Positions 1 to 10,271 of a stretch of 64,000 nucleotides of DNA are shown here, in pieces (position 1 is the stretch's first letter; each line of letters opens with the position of its first letter). The notes below the pieces were generated by a model. The model was given only the letters and a program-made list of their open reading frames with translations. It did not search any database and was not told the DNA's origin. Source of the stretch: an uncultured Planctomycetota bacterium (lineage in GTDB: Bacteria > Planctomycetota > Planctomycetia > Gemmatales > Gemmataceae); assembly GCA_963849325.1 (NCBI GenBank), contig CAWKHF010000004.1, forward strand, positions 1 through 64,000, written 5' to 3'. The translations under genes and the position numbers were made by a program.

Positions 1-75
1 CATCGCGGAAGGCTCGGTGTGACACCTAGTTGCGTCGAGCCTTCTCTTTTCGCCCGCCAGCGATAAAACGGTAAA

Positions 76-97
76 TTGCACGGAATCTTGCACGGAA
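76..97. repeat. Tandem direct repeat TTGCACGGAA x2 upstream of integrase; possible arm-type/regulatory site
   Basis: ttgcacggaa at 76-85 and 88-97, about 70 bp before the integrase ATG. Confidence 0.45.
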
Positions 98-168
98 AGA
101 GGCTCCCGGCGGCGGCAACCGCCGAGGGCCAAACGACCTTCCGGTCGCTTGGAGACTGGAGGGTTTTC

Positions 169-807
169 CATGCGGAAGTCCGAAGGGCCGTGGTATCGCA
201 AGTTCAACAACACCTGGTACGCCACCGTCCAGGGCGACAAGCTGCCGCTCGGCAAGCATCGCGAAAGCGCCCCGCCGCCGAAAAAGGGCAAGAGGGGCTG
301 GAACGCGCCTGACGCCATCCTGGCCGCTTTCCACCGGCTCATGGCCGCGGAGACTCCCCAACCGCTCAAGCCAGCCGATACCCGCGTCATCGCTGTCCTC
401 GACCTGTTCCTCGACCACTCGCAGCGGCACAACAAGCCGCGGACCTACGAGTGGTACAAGTCCTTCCTCCAGGACTTCAGCGACCGCTACGGTCGGCTGA
501 AGGTAGAGGACTTGAAGCCGTTTCACATCACCCGCTGGCTCGACTCCCACCCGGCCTGGAAGGGCACCCGCTGGGGGCCATCACCGCCGTCAAGCGGGCC
601 TTCAACTGGGCCGCCGACGAGGGGCTCATCGCCGCCAACCCCGTGAAAAAGGTCAAGAAGCCGCCGATGCGGACGCGGGAGCGTTTCATCACCCAGGAGG
701 AGCGGCGGAAGATTCTCGCCAACTATCCCGAGGGCGACCCGTTCCGCGACTTCCTCTTCGCGATGGAGGAAACCGGCTGTGGCTGGGAGCGGAGGGCTCA
801 CTCATAG
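169..807 (+). pseudogene. Tyrosine recombinase/phage-type integrase, frameshifted (~575) and truncated at the first catalytic motif
   Basis: MRKSEGPWYRK..WY N-terminus; SAM-like core LDLFLDH..RTYEWY..DLKPFHITRWL; second frame AITAVKRAFNWAADEGLIAANP..ERFIT..FAMEETGC, then similarity stops where the catalytic Arg should be. Confidence 0.8.
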
Positions 808-1193
808 AGGTCCTCCTTCACCCGCATCCGGAGGAACACGTCGATGACGCCCTCGGGATTAACGACAAGGCGGCCAAGTCCCTCGAAATCCTGGCCCAGC
901 CTCCTGTGTGCAACGCAGGGACGAGATACCGCGCAAAGTCAAGGACTTGCCGGAACTCTTGTTCTGACAAGCCCTTGCGAATGTCGGGGCGAGCCACGAT
1001 GTACATTTCCTAACGACTTGATGTTTCGGCGGCTGTTGTCGCTGGCGATTACGTATGTCGAAGATTTCACGGTCGATACGTTCTTCACGCTGACGCAAAC
1101 CATGGACGTGGGAACGCCGACATGACCAGTTGATTCTCTGCAACCACCTCCCGGAGGTGCGGATCGGTTCGGCACCCCGCACTCGCTCAACGG

Positions 1194-2780
1194 CTATTTC
1201 ATCCCGAACCGGCCGAATTGGTCCTGTTCTGACGGCCTGGCCGCGCCGACCGCCCCGATGTTGGTGCCCTTCCCGTCGGCCGGGTCGCCCGCCCCGATCA
1301 GCGGACTCCCCGCCGCCGGCGAATAGGCCTCCCGATACAACGCCAGCATCTTCGAGACGCCCACCTTCCGGGCCTTGATCTCCTCGTCCGAGAACGGGCA
1401 GGCCTTGGGGATCGGCCCTTTGAATCGCGGGTCGGCCTGCTCATCGACCTTGCCGCCGCGAGGGATGTCGTTCAGGCCGAAGCCAGCGTCCTTCCGCTCC
1501 GTCTTGCCGGGCACCGACAGCAGGTAGTTCCGCCGGGCCTTGGCGCCGGGGCTGTAGAACAGGTTGTAGTCGGCGTACCCCAGTCGGATCGGTTTCTCCT
1601 CCGCCGGTTCGTCATTCCAACTCGTCCGAATCATGGCCTGGGGGCGCTTGTAGTAGCGGTCCCCGTGGGCGAAGTTGTAGAACACATTGTTCCGCACGCT
1701 CTTGACGAACGCCTTCGGCGCCACTTCGATCGCGGGCACGTCGAGCCGGCCGCCGCCGTCGAAGACGTTGTTGAAGATCTCGATGCCCTCGCCCGGCTTC
1801 TTGGGGGCGTAGACGACCGCGAGGCACGCGAACATGGAGCCGTGCCGGTGGTCCGAGGCGCCGGCGAGGAACAGGTTGTGGTGGAGGCGACCGCCGCTGC
1901 CGTTCTGCATCAGGTCATGATCGACGATGTCCGTGACGACGTTGTAGCGGAACTCGCCCTCGACGAAGCGCACGATCCACTCCCCGTCGCGGATGACGTT
2001 GTGCTCGCCGACCACCGCCCGGCCCGTGGTGAAGACCGAGATCTGGCTCCAGTACGGGTACTCCTTGGTGATTGGCATCAGCAGATGGAAGTAGTTGCCG
2101 CGCACGACCGTTCCCTCGCCGTCGGCGACAACGCCGATCCGGTGCCCGATGAAGAGGTTGCTGTCCGCGTCGCGGTCGCCGCCGACGAGCCAGTTCGGCG
2201 CCCGGATCACGACCTTGCCGCGCGGGAGGAAGTTCCCCTGGAACAGCTTCCGCTCCCGCGAGTTGCCCGTGGCGGTGAAGCAGTCCCCCGAGTGGCCGAT
2301 GTCCTTGCTGATCGCGACCACGGAGTTTTCATGCACGGTGTTGTGGCGGAAGCTCGCGGCCGAGGCGCCGTCGGTCTGGAGCTGGATGGCGGCGCAGGCG
2401 TGAAACGTGCAAAGCTCGATCGTGACGCCGCCCTTGCCCGCGACCGTCAGTTCGAGCGCGGCGGCGCCAGGCCCGCTGACCCGGCCGTCCGCCGCGCGCT
2501 TCGGCAGGCCGCCGAGGTCGCGGATCTGGCAATGGGTGATCCGGAGCGACCCCGTCCACTTCGGGCCCGAGCGGATGCGGTGCCGGTTGCCGACCAGCAC
2601 GCACGGCTTCTCCGGCGTCCCGCGGATGTCCAGCACGTCGTCGCCGTTCAGCTCCAGGTCGGTAGTCAACGTGTGCGTCTGGCCGGCCTTGACGACGACC
2701 GAGCCGGCCGAGGCAGTCGGCAGTGGGGCGTTCCCTATCAGGCAGAGGATCAGGAGGGAAGCCGACGGGAAGCGTTTCAT
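1194..2780 (-). CDS. Secreted right-handed parallel beta-helix protein
   Basis: Signal peptide MKRFPSASLLILCLIG..ASA; repeated xNxF/HNxI/NNVF motifs; C-terminal PAAGSPLIGAG..NIGA motif. Confidence 0.65.
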   Translation of the reverse strand: MKRFPSASLLILCLIGNAPLPTASAGSVVVKAGQTHTLTTDLELNGDDVLDIRGTPEKPCVLVGNRHRIRSGPKWTGSLRITHCQIRDLGGLPKRAADGRVSGPGAAALELTVAGKGGVTIELCTFHACAAIQLQTDGASAASFRHNTVHENSVVAISKDIGHSGDCFTATGNSRERKLFQGNFLPRGKVVIRAPNWLVGGDRDADSNLFIGHRIGVVADGEGTVVRGNYFHLLMPITKEYPYWSQISVFTTGRAVVGEHNVIRDGEWIVRFVEGEFRYNVVTDIVDHDLMQNGSGGRLHHNLFLAGASDHRHGSMFACLAVVYAPKKPGEGIEIFNNVFDGGGRLDVPAIEVAPKAFVKSVRNNVFYNFAHGDRYYKRPQAMIRTSWNDEPAEEKPIRLGYADYNLFYSPGAKARRNYLLSVPGKTERKDAGFGLNDIPRGGKVDEQADPRFKGPIPKACPFSDEEIKARKVGVSKMLALYREAYSPAAGSPLIGAGDPADGKGTNIGAVGAARPSEQDQFGRFGMK

Positions 2781-3153
2781 GGCGAGACCTCGGGGTACGG
2801 AACAGGGGCAGTCGATGCTCGGTTGCAGGATGTTGTAAGACTTACGGGGTTCGACGGTCGCCGAAGGGCGAGTGCCAAGCTCGACCTTGCTCGCGGCCTT
2901 TGGGTCCGATCGCGGTCTCGACCGGCTTGATGGATTCAACGGTGATGCCCGTGGCGAGAGCGCTTGTGATCCGAGCAACCGAGCTGGCAGGAGCGAGCCA
3001 TAAAGGGTATCCCAACTCTCTGGAGGGTGGAGGCCCGGTCTGCTCGCCTATCCTCCCTGCACGATTCGCCGTCTCTATCATGATCCTCTGACGGGACATT
3101 TTGACGGCTCCATCCTCTCGGCATCCGAGATGGACGGGGCAAAAGGAACCGCG

Positions 3154-6100
3154 ATGATCATTCTGCACGCCGGCCTGGAAGACGACCGCCTCTTACTCTG
3201 GGGAGAAAGCCCAGCCGACGACCAAACGCCCGCCGCGCCGCGTCGCCGCCAACCGAAGGTCCCGCGACCCAGGCCATTTCCCTTTGACCCTGGTTCCGGC
3301 CGACTCGCCGCCGCCATCGCCGACGCGCTGCCCGGTATGGGCAAGCCGCCGCTTGGCACCGAACAGCGCTTCCTCTGGCTGCCCACGGTCAAGGATCGGC
3401 CCGTACCGTCGAGCGTACTCGTCGCCAAGCCGCCGGAACCGGACGCGACGGCGGTCCTGGCGCCGTGGAGTGTTGCCATCCTAGGCCTCAGCCTGGCTCG
3501 AACGATCGATTTGCTCTGCGCCTGCGCCGACCGGGAGACGCTGGCCTCCGGCGTCCTCGTCGGCTCCACCCTCGCTTACTGGGTTTGGGCTTTACGCTTC
3601 GCCGGCGCTTTGGTTGCCCGCGAACAGTTCGTCCCCGACCTGCGGCCAGCGGGCCATGCGTGGCAAGCCCGCTGGCGGCCGGTGTTGGCGGGCAGCGACG
3701 CGCAACGACGCCGTCAGTTAGCACGGGCCATGCCGCCTGCTTGCCGCGCTCTCAGCAGCAACGCCGCGGCCGCGCCGGAGCAATCCGCCGCCGTCTTCCT
3801 CGACACCTTTTTGGAGACGATGGTCGATGTGCTCGTCCGCTCGTCTGGAACCGGCGCCGCCTCGATCGCCCTGCCTGCCCCGCGTGGGCGCAAGGCAGCG
3901 CCCGCTTTCGCCAGCATGCATGACCAATGGCTGCATGCTTTGCGCGGCGGCGACGGCAGCCTGACGGGCCCAGCCGCCGACCTGAGCCAACTGGCCGAGC
4001 AGATCCGCTCCTGGCAGCGGCCCATCACCGTCGCCGTCGGGGCGCCGTTCCGCCTCTGCTTCCGCCTGGAAGAGCCGCCCGAAGAGGGCGACGGCCCCGA
4101 GCGGGCCTCGTCCCACGGCGACTGGCAGGTGCGCTATCTGCTGCAAGCGACGGACGACCCCAGCCTGCTCCTTCCGGTCGGCGACGCCTGGGTGCCGAAA
4201 GGCCGCTACGCCGCCATCTTCCAGGCACGCGGTTTCGACGCCCGCGAATACCTTCTCACCGCCTTGGGGCAGGCCGCCAGTCTGTCCCCGCCGGTCGAGT
4301 CCAGCCTCAAGACCGCTGCCCCGGCTGGGTTTGCCGTGGACGCACACGGCGCCCATGTTTTCCTGACGGAGACGGCCTGGTTGCTGGAGCAGGCCGGCTT
4401 TGGCGTGCTGCTGCCGGCGTGGTGGACGCGCAAAGGGACCAAGCAGCGCTTGAGCGTGCGGGCGCACGTCAAGGCTCCGAAGATGCAAGGCGGCAGCGGG
4501 CTGTCGTTGGAAGAGATCGTCCGGTTCGATTGGAAAATGGCGCTGGGCGATCAAGAGCTGTCGCGGCGGGAACTGGAAGCGCTGGCCCGCCTCAAGTCGC
4601 CGTTGGTCAAAGTGCGGGGCCAATGGGTGCAAGTAAACGCCGAAGAGATCCAGGCGGCCCTCGATTTCTGGAAGCGCCAGACCTCCGGGAAGGGAAGCGT
4701 CCGCGAGGTCGTACAGATGGCCCTTGGCGCCCGTCCGGGGGTGGCGGCTTGCCCATCAGCGGGGTCACGGCCGAAGGATGGGTCGCGGACCTACTGGGGC
4801 AGCTGGAGGGGCGGTCTTCCTTCGCCGAGCTGGCGACACCGCACGGTTTCCGCGGCACGTTGCGGCCCTACCAGGTGCGCGGTTACTCATGGTTGGCGTT
4901 CTTGCGGCGCTGGGGTCTGGGAGCGTGTCTGGCCGACGACATGGGGCTGGGCAAGACGGTCCAAACGCTGGCGCTGATTCAGCGCGAGCGCGACGCGGGC
5001 GAGAAGCGGCCGGTGCTGCTCATCTGCCCCACGTCGGTCGTCGGCAACTGGAAGAAGGAGGCCGAGCGCTTCACGCCCGAACTGCCCGTGCTGATCCACC
5101 ACGGCGGACAGCGGACGCGCGGAGATGCCTTCCGCAAGAAGGTGCGCCCTTCTGCTGTGGTGCTGTCCAGCTACGCGCTGCTGCACCGCGACCGCGAGGT
5201 ACTCGACCAGGTGGATTGGGCGGGCGTAGTCCTCGATGAGGCGCAGAACATCAAGAACCCCGAGACCAAGCAAGCTCAGGCGGCGCGAGCGCTGAAGGCC
5301 GGCTATCGCATCGCACTGACGGGAACGCCGGTCGAGAACCACGTCGGCGACCTGTGGTCGATCCTGGAGTTCCTCAACCCCGGATTCCTGGGTTCGCAAG
5401 CCGAGTTCCGTCGCCGCTTCTTCGTGCCGATCCAGGCGCAGCACGATGCCGAGGCCGCCGGCCAGCTGAAACGATTGACCGGACCATTCATCCTGCGCCG
5501 TCTCAAGACCGACAAACAAGTTATTGCCGACCTGCCCGACAAATGGGAGATGAAGGTCTTCTGTAACCTTACCAAGGAGCAGGCCTCGCTCTATGCCGCC
5601 GTGGTCGAGCAGGCCAACAACGCCATCGAGGATGCCGAGGGCATTCAGCGCAAGGGTCTGATCCTGGGTACGCTGTCGAAGCTGAAGCAGGTGTGCAACC
5701 ACCCGGCGCAGTTCCTGGGCGACAACTCCTCGCTGCCCGCCCGTTCCGGCAAGCTGGCGCGTCTGTCGGAGATGCTCGACGAGGTGCGGCAAGCGGGCGA
5801 GCGGGCGCTGGTCTTCACGCAGTTCAAGGAGATGGGCGACCTTCTGCAACGGTATTTGCAGGAGGAGTTCGGCCGCGAAGTGCTGTTCTTGCACGGCGGC
5901 GTGCCTCCGAAGCAACGTGACCGTCTGGTGGAACGCTTCCAAAACGACCCGTCCGGGCCGCGCATCTTCCTGCTGTCGCTCAAGGCGGGAGGCACGGGAC
6001 TCAATCTGACGGCGGCCTGTCACGTCTTCCACTTCGACCGCTGGTGGAACCCTGCCGTCGAGAACCAGGCGACCGATCGCGCCTTCCGCATCGGCCAAAC

Positions 6101-6287
6101 CAAGAAGGTGCAGGTGCATAAGTTCCTGTGCGTTGGTACGCTGGAGGAGAAGATCGACGAGATGATCGAGCGTAAGCAGGAGGTGGCCCAGCGCGTCGTC
6201 GGCGCCGGCGAGGGCTGGCTGACGGAGTTGTCCAACGCGCAGTTGAAAGATCTGTTCGCCCTGAGGCAAGATGCGATTGGAGAATAG
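3154..6287 (+). CDS. SNF2/SWI2-family DEAD/H helicase with DUF3670-type N-terminal region; frameshift at G-run ~4740
   Basis: LRPYQ, LADDMGLGKT, LDEAQNIKN, LTGTPVEN, SLKAGGTGLNL, DRWWNPAVENQATDRAFRIGQ; ORFs 3130-4977 and 3927-6287 join at ccgggggtgg. Confidence 0.9.
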
Positions 6288-6289
6288 CC

Positions 6290-7198
6290 ATGCCCTCTCG
6301 CTATCAGTATTGGGATTCCTACCCTCGCTTCCCGCGTTCTCGGCCGCGCGCGGCCAAGGGCGGCATCAAATCGCAGTCGAAGCGTGGCAGCTTCGGGCAG
6401 AGTTGGTGGGCCAAGCGTTGGATCGGCGTGCTGGAGAGCTTCGACATCGGTGCTCGTTTGGGCCGCGGCCGGTCTTATGCCCGCAATGGGCAGGTATTGT
6501 CGATCGACATCGCGGAGGGTGAGGTCAAGGCCAAAGTGCAGGGATCGCGTCCCCAGCCTTACGCGGTGACCATCGAGGTCAAGGTGCTGGCCCGCAAGCA
6601 ATGGGACCAGGTGGTGGAGGCGTTGTCGGCTCAGGCGTTGTTCGTGGCCAAGTTGCTGGCCGGCGAGATGCCGCAGGACATCGAAGAGGTGTTCGAGAAG
6701 AGGAAGCTCTCGCTTTTCCCCCAGCAGCAAGCCGATCTGAAGACCGATTGTTCGTGCCCGGACTGGTCGAACCCGTGCAAGCACGTGGCGGCGGTGTACT
6801 ACCTGTTGGGAGAAGAATTCGACCGCGACCCGTTTCTGCTGTTCCAGCTGCGCGGTCTGAGGCGTGAGGAACTACTGCAACGGTTGAGCCGGCTGACTCC
6901 TGCCTCGGAGGCGGCACCGGCGGCCGTCGAAGTGACGGCCGTGGAGCGAGCGGCGGACCCGGCAACACCGCTGCCGTCGGACCCGGCGGGATTCTGGTGC
7001 GTGGGTGATTGCTTGCCGGAGGATGGGTTCGGCGAGGTGCAGACCCCGCCCGTGTCGGCGGCGTGGCTTCGGCGGTTGGGGAGTTTCCCGTTCTGGCGTG
7101 GGGAGGTGTCTCTGCGCGACACCTTGGAGCCGATCTACGCAAAGGCGGCGCAGCAAGGGCTGGTTACGTTCCTGGGAGGGAGTCGAGGGCAGAAATGA
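6290..7198 (+). CDS. SWIM zinc-finger protein (partner of SNF2 helicase)
   Basis: RLGRGRSYARNGQV, VQGSRPQPY, CSCPDWSNPCKHVAAVYY; starts 2 nt after the helicase stop. Confidence 0.9.
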   Translation: MPSRYQYWDSYPRFPRSRPRAAKGGIKSQSKRGSFGQSWWAKRWIGVLESFDIGARLGRGRSYARNGQVLSIDIAEGEVKAKVQGSRPQPYAVTIEVKVLARKQWDQVVEALSAQALFVAKLLAGEMPQDIEEVFEKRKLSLFPQQQADLKTDCSCPDWSNPCKHVAAVYYLLGEEFDRDPFLLFQLRGLRREELLQRLSRLTPASEAAPAAVEVTAVERAADPATPLPSDPAGFWCVGDCLPEDGFGEVQTPPVSAAWLRRLGSFPFWRGEVSLRDTLEPIYAKAAQQGLVTFLGGSRGQK

Positions 7199-7342
7199 TC
7201 GTAAGAACCGCCTGACGACAATCGGCAGGTGTCCCAAGCGATTTGATTTGTTGCGCGGTCCCGTTCGAGGTCCTTCGCACCGAGCGCAGGGTCGGCGGGA
7301 TCCGTCAGGAACCGCGCACGACAGGTTACCAGGCTCTAACAA

Positions 7343-7405
7343 AATGTGGCAACACGTTTTCAACGTGTTGGATTGTACGGCACGTTACAAACGTGCCGCC
7401 ACATT
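7343..7405. repeat. Inverted REP-like doublet (two 9-bp hairpins inside a 7-bp outer stem)
   Basis: caacacgtt-ttc-aacgtgttg (7350-7370) and cggcacgtt-aca-aacgtgccg (7378-7398), enclosed by aatgtgg/ccacatt. Confidence 0.7.
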
Positions 7406-7508
7406 CGGTTCGTGCCTCTACGTAGTCTTTTCCACCTTGCCGATCGCTGTGAAGGCAATCCTCCGGTCCTCGATGAGCCAATCGACTTCTCCGGGTCCCA
7501 GGAAAACC

Positions 7509-7994
7509 TCAATTCTTTGTCACACCGTTCGGCACCAATCCTTCCTCCTCGCGGCCTTGCTGCCAGGGATTCCACGACCAGGCATCCGCGTGGACCCGGG
7601 CGAAATGCTCGTACATTCCCAACTGCATCCCAACCTGGAGTAGGCTGCGCGGCGAGTGCCGGAGGGCCGACCACAACGTTCGCCAGAAGAACCGCCGCGC
7701 CTGCGGCCCCTGCCGCCAGTTGTGCCGCGCCAGCTGGAAAAAGCTGGCGAGGAACTCCCAGTCGATCGGCCCGGAACGCGAGCCAACGTCCGCGAACCGC
7801 TGGAGATTGCCGAGCAAACGCTCCTGGAACGCCTCGGGGGAGTAGAGCTTCTGGTAGAGCTTTCGCTGTCCCAACTGTAACTTCTCCATCGTCAGGCGCA
7901 GCGGTCGGAAGTTGGTCCGACCGTCCGTCCCTTCCCAGTGGACGTGGTCGTCATGGTCCAGGTCGAGCGGCAAGGTCGGGCCTCCGGTTGGCAT
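7509..7994 (-). pseudogene. C-terminal (DUF4070-like) fragment of a B12-binding radical SAM protein
   Basis: TNFRPLRLTMEKLQLGQRKLYQKLYSPEAFQERL..RRFFWRTL..GMYEHF; no CxxxCxxC motif and no room upstream. Confidence 0.55.
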
Positions 7995-8023
7995 GAGGCC
8001 CGGGCGGTTTCGCACGGTCCCTA

Positions 8024-9379
8024 TCACTCCAGACGATATTTCTCGATCAGCCGATAGAGCGAGCGCCGACTGATGCCGAGAATGCGCGCGGCGTGGACTT
8101 TGTTGCCCTTCTCCTGTTGCAGAATGGCTTGGATGTGACGGCGTTCGACCTCGCTCAGATGACGCGGATCGCCCGGTTCTTCTGAGGCCGCCGGCGCGGC
8201 CGACACGATATTCTCCGGCAAGTCCTCCGGCGTGATGACGTGGTTCTCGGCCAGGATCTCGGCGCGTTCCAGGACGTTGGCCAGCTCGCGCACGTTGCCC
8301 GGCCACGAATACGCCCTCAAGGCTTTCATGGCTTCCGGATCAACCCGCGAGCGGAGTGGACCGATCTGCCGGGTTGCGAGGAAATGCTCAACCAGTTCCC
8401 GGATGTCCTCGCGCCGCTCGCACAAGGGCGGCAGGAAGATCGACACGACGTTGAGACGGTAGAACAAATCCTCGCGGAAACGGCCGTTCTTGATCTCCTC
8501 GGCCAGATCGCGGTTGGTCGCGGCGACGACGCGAACATCGGCGTGTACCTCCTGGGTGCCGCCGACACGCCGATAATGGCCGTCCTCCAGCACACGCAGC
8601 AACTTAGCCTGCAAGCCGGCAGCCATCTCGCCGATCTCGTCGATGAACAGCGTGCCGCCCTCGGCGACCTCCACCAGGCCCGGCTTGGCGGCGACCGCTC
8701 CGGTGAAAGCGCCTTTCTCGTGGCCGAATAACTCGCTTTCCAGCAGGTTCTCTTGCAGAGCGGCGCAGTTGATCGTCACCAGCGGTCGGGTGCGGCGGGG
8801 GCTGTTGGTGTGCAGCGCCTGCGCCACCAACTCTTTGCCGGTGCCCGTGGCGCCGCGCACCAGCACGGTGGCATCCGTGGCGGCCACCTTCTCGATCAGG
8901 GCGACGACCTTGCGCATGGCCGGGCTGGAGCCGACCAGGCGATAGCGCGGCGATTCGTAGGAGAGCTGTTGCAACCACTGCTGTTCGCGGCGTTGCAGCT
9001 GGACCTTCTCGAAGGCTTTCTGGACGTGGATTTCCAGATCGGCGCTGCGGAACGGTTTGGTCAGGTAGTCGTAGGCGCCGCGGCGCATCGCCTCGACGGC
9101 AGTCTCGATGCTGCTGTGGGCGGTCAGCATGAGCGCTTCGAGTTCGGGCTGGAGTTCCTTGAGTTGGGCCAGCACGTCGATGCCGCTGATGCCCGGCAGG
9201 TGCAAATCGAGCAGGGCCACGTCGAAGTGGGCGCGTGCCGCCTTGGACAAGGCATCCTCGCCGCTGACGGCGGCGGTGACTTCATGGCCTTGTTTGCGAA
9301 ACAAGCGCGCCAGATCCTGCCGCATGTCGTCGTCGTCATCGACGATGAGCAGCTTGATGGGATGAGGGGTGCCGGCCAT
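8024..9379 (-). CDS. Sigma-54-dependent response regulator (NtrC/AtoC family; REC-AAA+-HTH)
   Basis: LLIVDDD..LLDLHLPG; GATGTGKE; ESELFGHEKGAFTGA; FREDLFYRLNV; WPGNVREL; AARILGISRRSLY. Confidence 0.95.
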   Translation of the reverse strand: MAGTPHPIKLLIVDDDDDMRQDLARLFRKQGHEVTAAVSGEDALSKAARAHFDVALLDLHLPGISGIDVLAQLKELQPELEALMLTAHSSIETAVEAMRRGAYDYLTKPFRSADLEIHVQKAFEKVQLQRREQQWLQQLSYESPRYRLVGSSPAMRKVVALIEKVAATDATVLVRGATGTGKELVAQALHTNSPRRTRPLVTINCAALQENLLESELFGHEKGAFTGAVAAKPGLVEVAEGGTLFIDEIGEMAAGLQAKLLRVLEDGHYRRVGGTQEVHADVRVVAATNRDLAEEIKNGRFREDLFYRLNVVSIFLPPLCERREDIRELVEHFLATRQIGPLRSRVDPEAMKALRAYSWPGNVRELANVLERAEILAENHVITPEDLPENIVSAAPAASEEPGDPRHLSEVERRHIQAILQQEKGNKVHAARILGISRRSLYRLIEKYRLE

Positions 9380-9538
9380 AGAGTTCTCTCAGGGCGGGAT
9401 GCGCAAGGAGCAGGCTGCTCGCTGGTGAGTAGCTTTCTCTCAAGCATATAAGGCGTACTCTCCAGAAAGCAATGGTCGATCCTTTGCTGGCGGACTTCCG
9501 GCCCGTCAGACATTGTCACAACTTCGCCAGAGGAAATG

Positions 9539-9553
9539 GCAAACGCGATGCCA
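9539..9553 (-). promoter_or_regulatory. Sigma-54 (-24/-12) promoter for the NtrC-family gene
   Basis: Minus-strand TGGCATCGCGTTTGC (GG-N10-GC), intergenic, 160 bp upstream of the start. Confidence 0.7.
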
Positions 9554-9680
9554 GCCCCAAAAAGCGCTCCTTCCTCCGAAAAAAACGCTGAGAAGGGCTG
9601 CAAACCACCTTCGCGGAGTGTGGAGGAGTATGCGGAGATGTGCGAGTCGGCAAACGGATTGTGGCACCGTCCCGGATCGT

Positions 9681-10271
9681 TCACGACTTCTGCAAGGCTT
9701 TCGCCGTCGTCAGCGCCAACTGGGCCACTTCGACCAATTTGAGGTTCTTGGCACTGGCCGTCTTCTGAAGACGGCGAAAAGCGTCCGGCTCACTCAAGCT
9801 CAATTCCTTCATCAGCACGCCCTTAGCACGCTCGATGATCTTGCGGTTCTCCAGCGCCTGGCGCACATTCGATGACTCACGGCGCAGGGCCTCGAATTGC
9901 TCGAAACGGTGCATGGCCAGACGGATGGCCGGCTCCAGATCGGTCTGCTTGATCGGCTTGACCAGATAGGCCATAATGGGGTCCACTTCCGCCCGCTCGA
10001 TCAGTTTGGCATCGCTGTAAGCGGAAACCAGGATGACGGGGATCAGTACTTGCTCATAGATCTTCAGGGCGGCCTCGATGCCATCCATACCGGGCATCTT
10101 GATGTCGGTGATGACCAGATTGGGCCGATAGAAGCGGCAGAAATCGACCAACTGCTCGCCGTTCTCGGCCGCGGCGGCTACGGTATGCCCCAACCGCGGC
10201 AGGATCTTGTGGAAATAATCGCGCATGTCTCGTTCGTCGTCGGCGACGACGATGCGTAAAGTTGGCGTCAT
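9681..10271 (-). CDS. REC-ANTAR response regulator (PdtaR/NasT-like RNA-binding antiterminator)
   Basis: IVVADDE..ITDIKMPGMDG..YLVKP; ANTAR LENRKIIERAKGVLM..LSEPDAFRRLQK. Confidence 0.92.
   Translation of the reverse strand: MTPTLRIVVADDERDMRDYFHKILPRLGHTVAAAAENGEQLVDFCRFYRPNLVITDIKMPGMDGIEAALKIYEQVLIPVILVSAYSDAKLIERAEVDPIMAYLVKPIKQTDLEPAIRLAMHRFEQFEALRRESSNVRQALENRKIIERAKGVLMKELSLSEPDAFRRLQKTASAKNLKLVEVAQLALTTAKALQKS

Noticed and set aside
797-1190. Short coding-like stubs (LGQDFEGLGRLVVNPEGVIDVFLRMRVKEDLYE on -, YVEDFTVDTFFTLTQT on +)
   Set aside because: They look like gene debris, but no family could be assigned.
9380-9530. ANTAR dual-hairpin target in the NtrC leader
   Set aside because: A CAAAGG word is present, but I could not build two hairpins with 6-nt loops; needs a covariance search.
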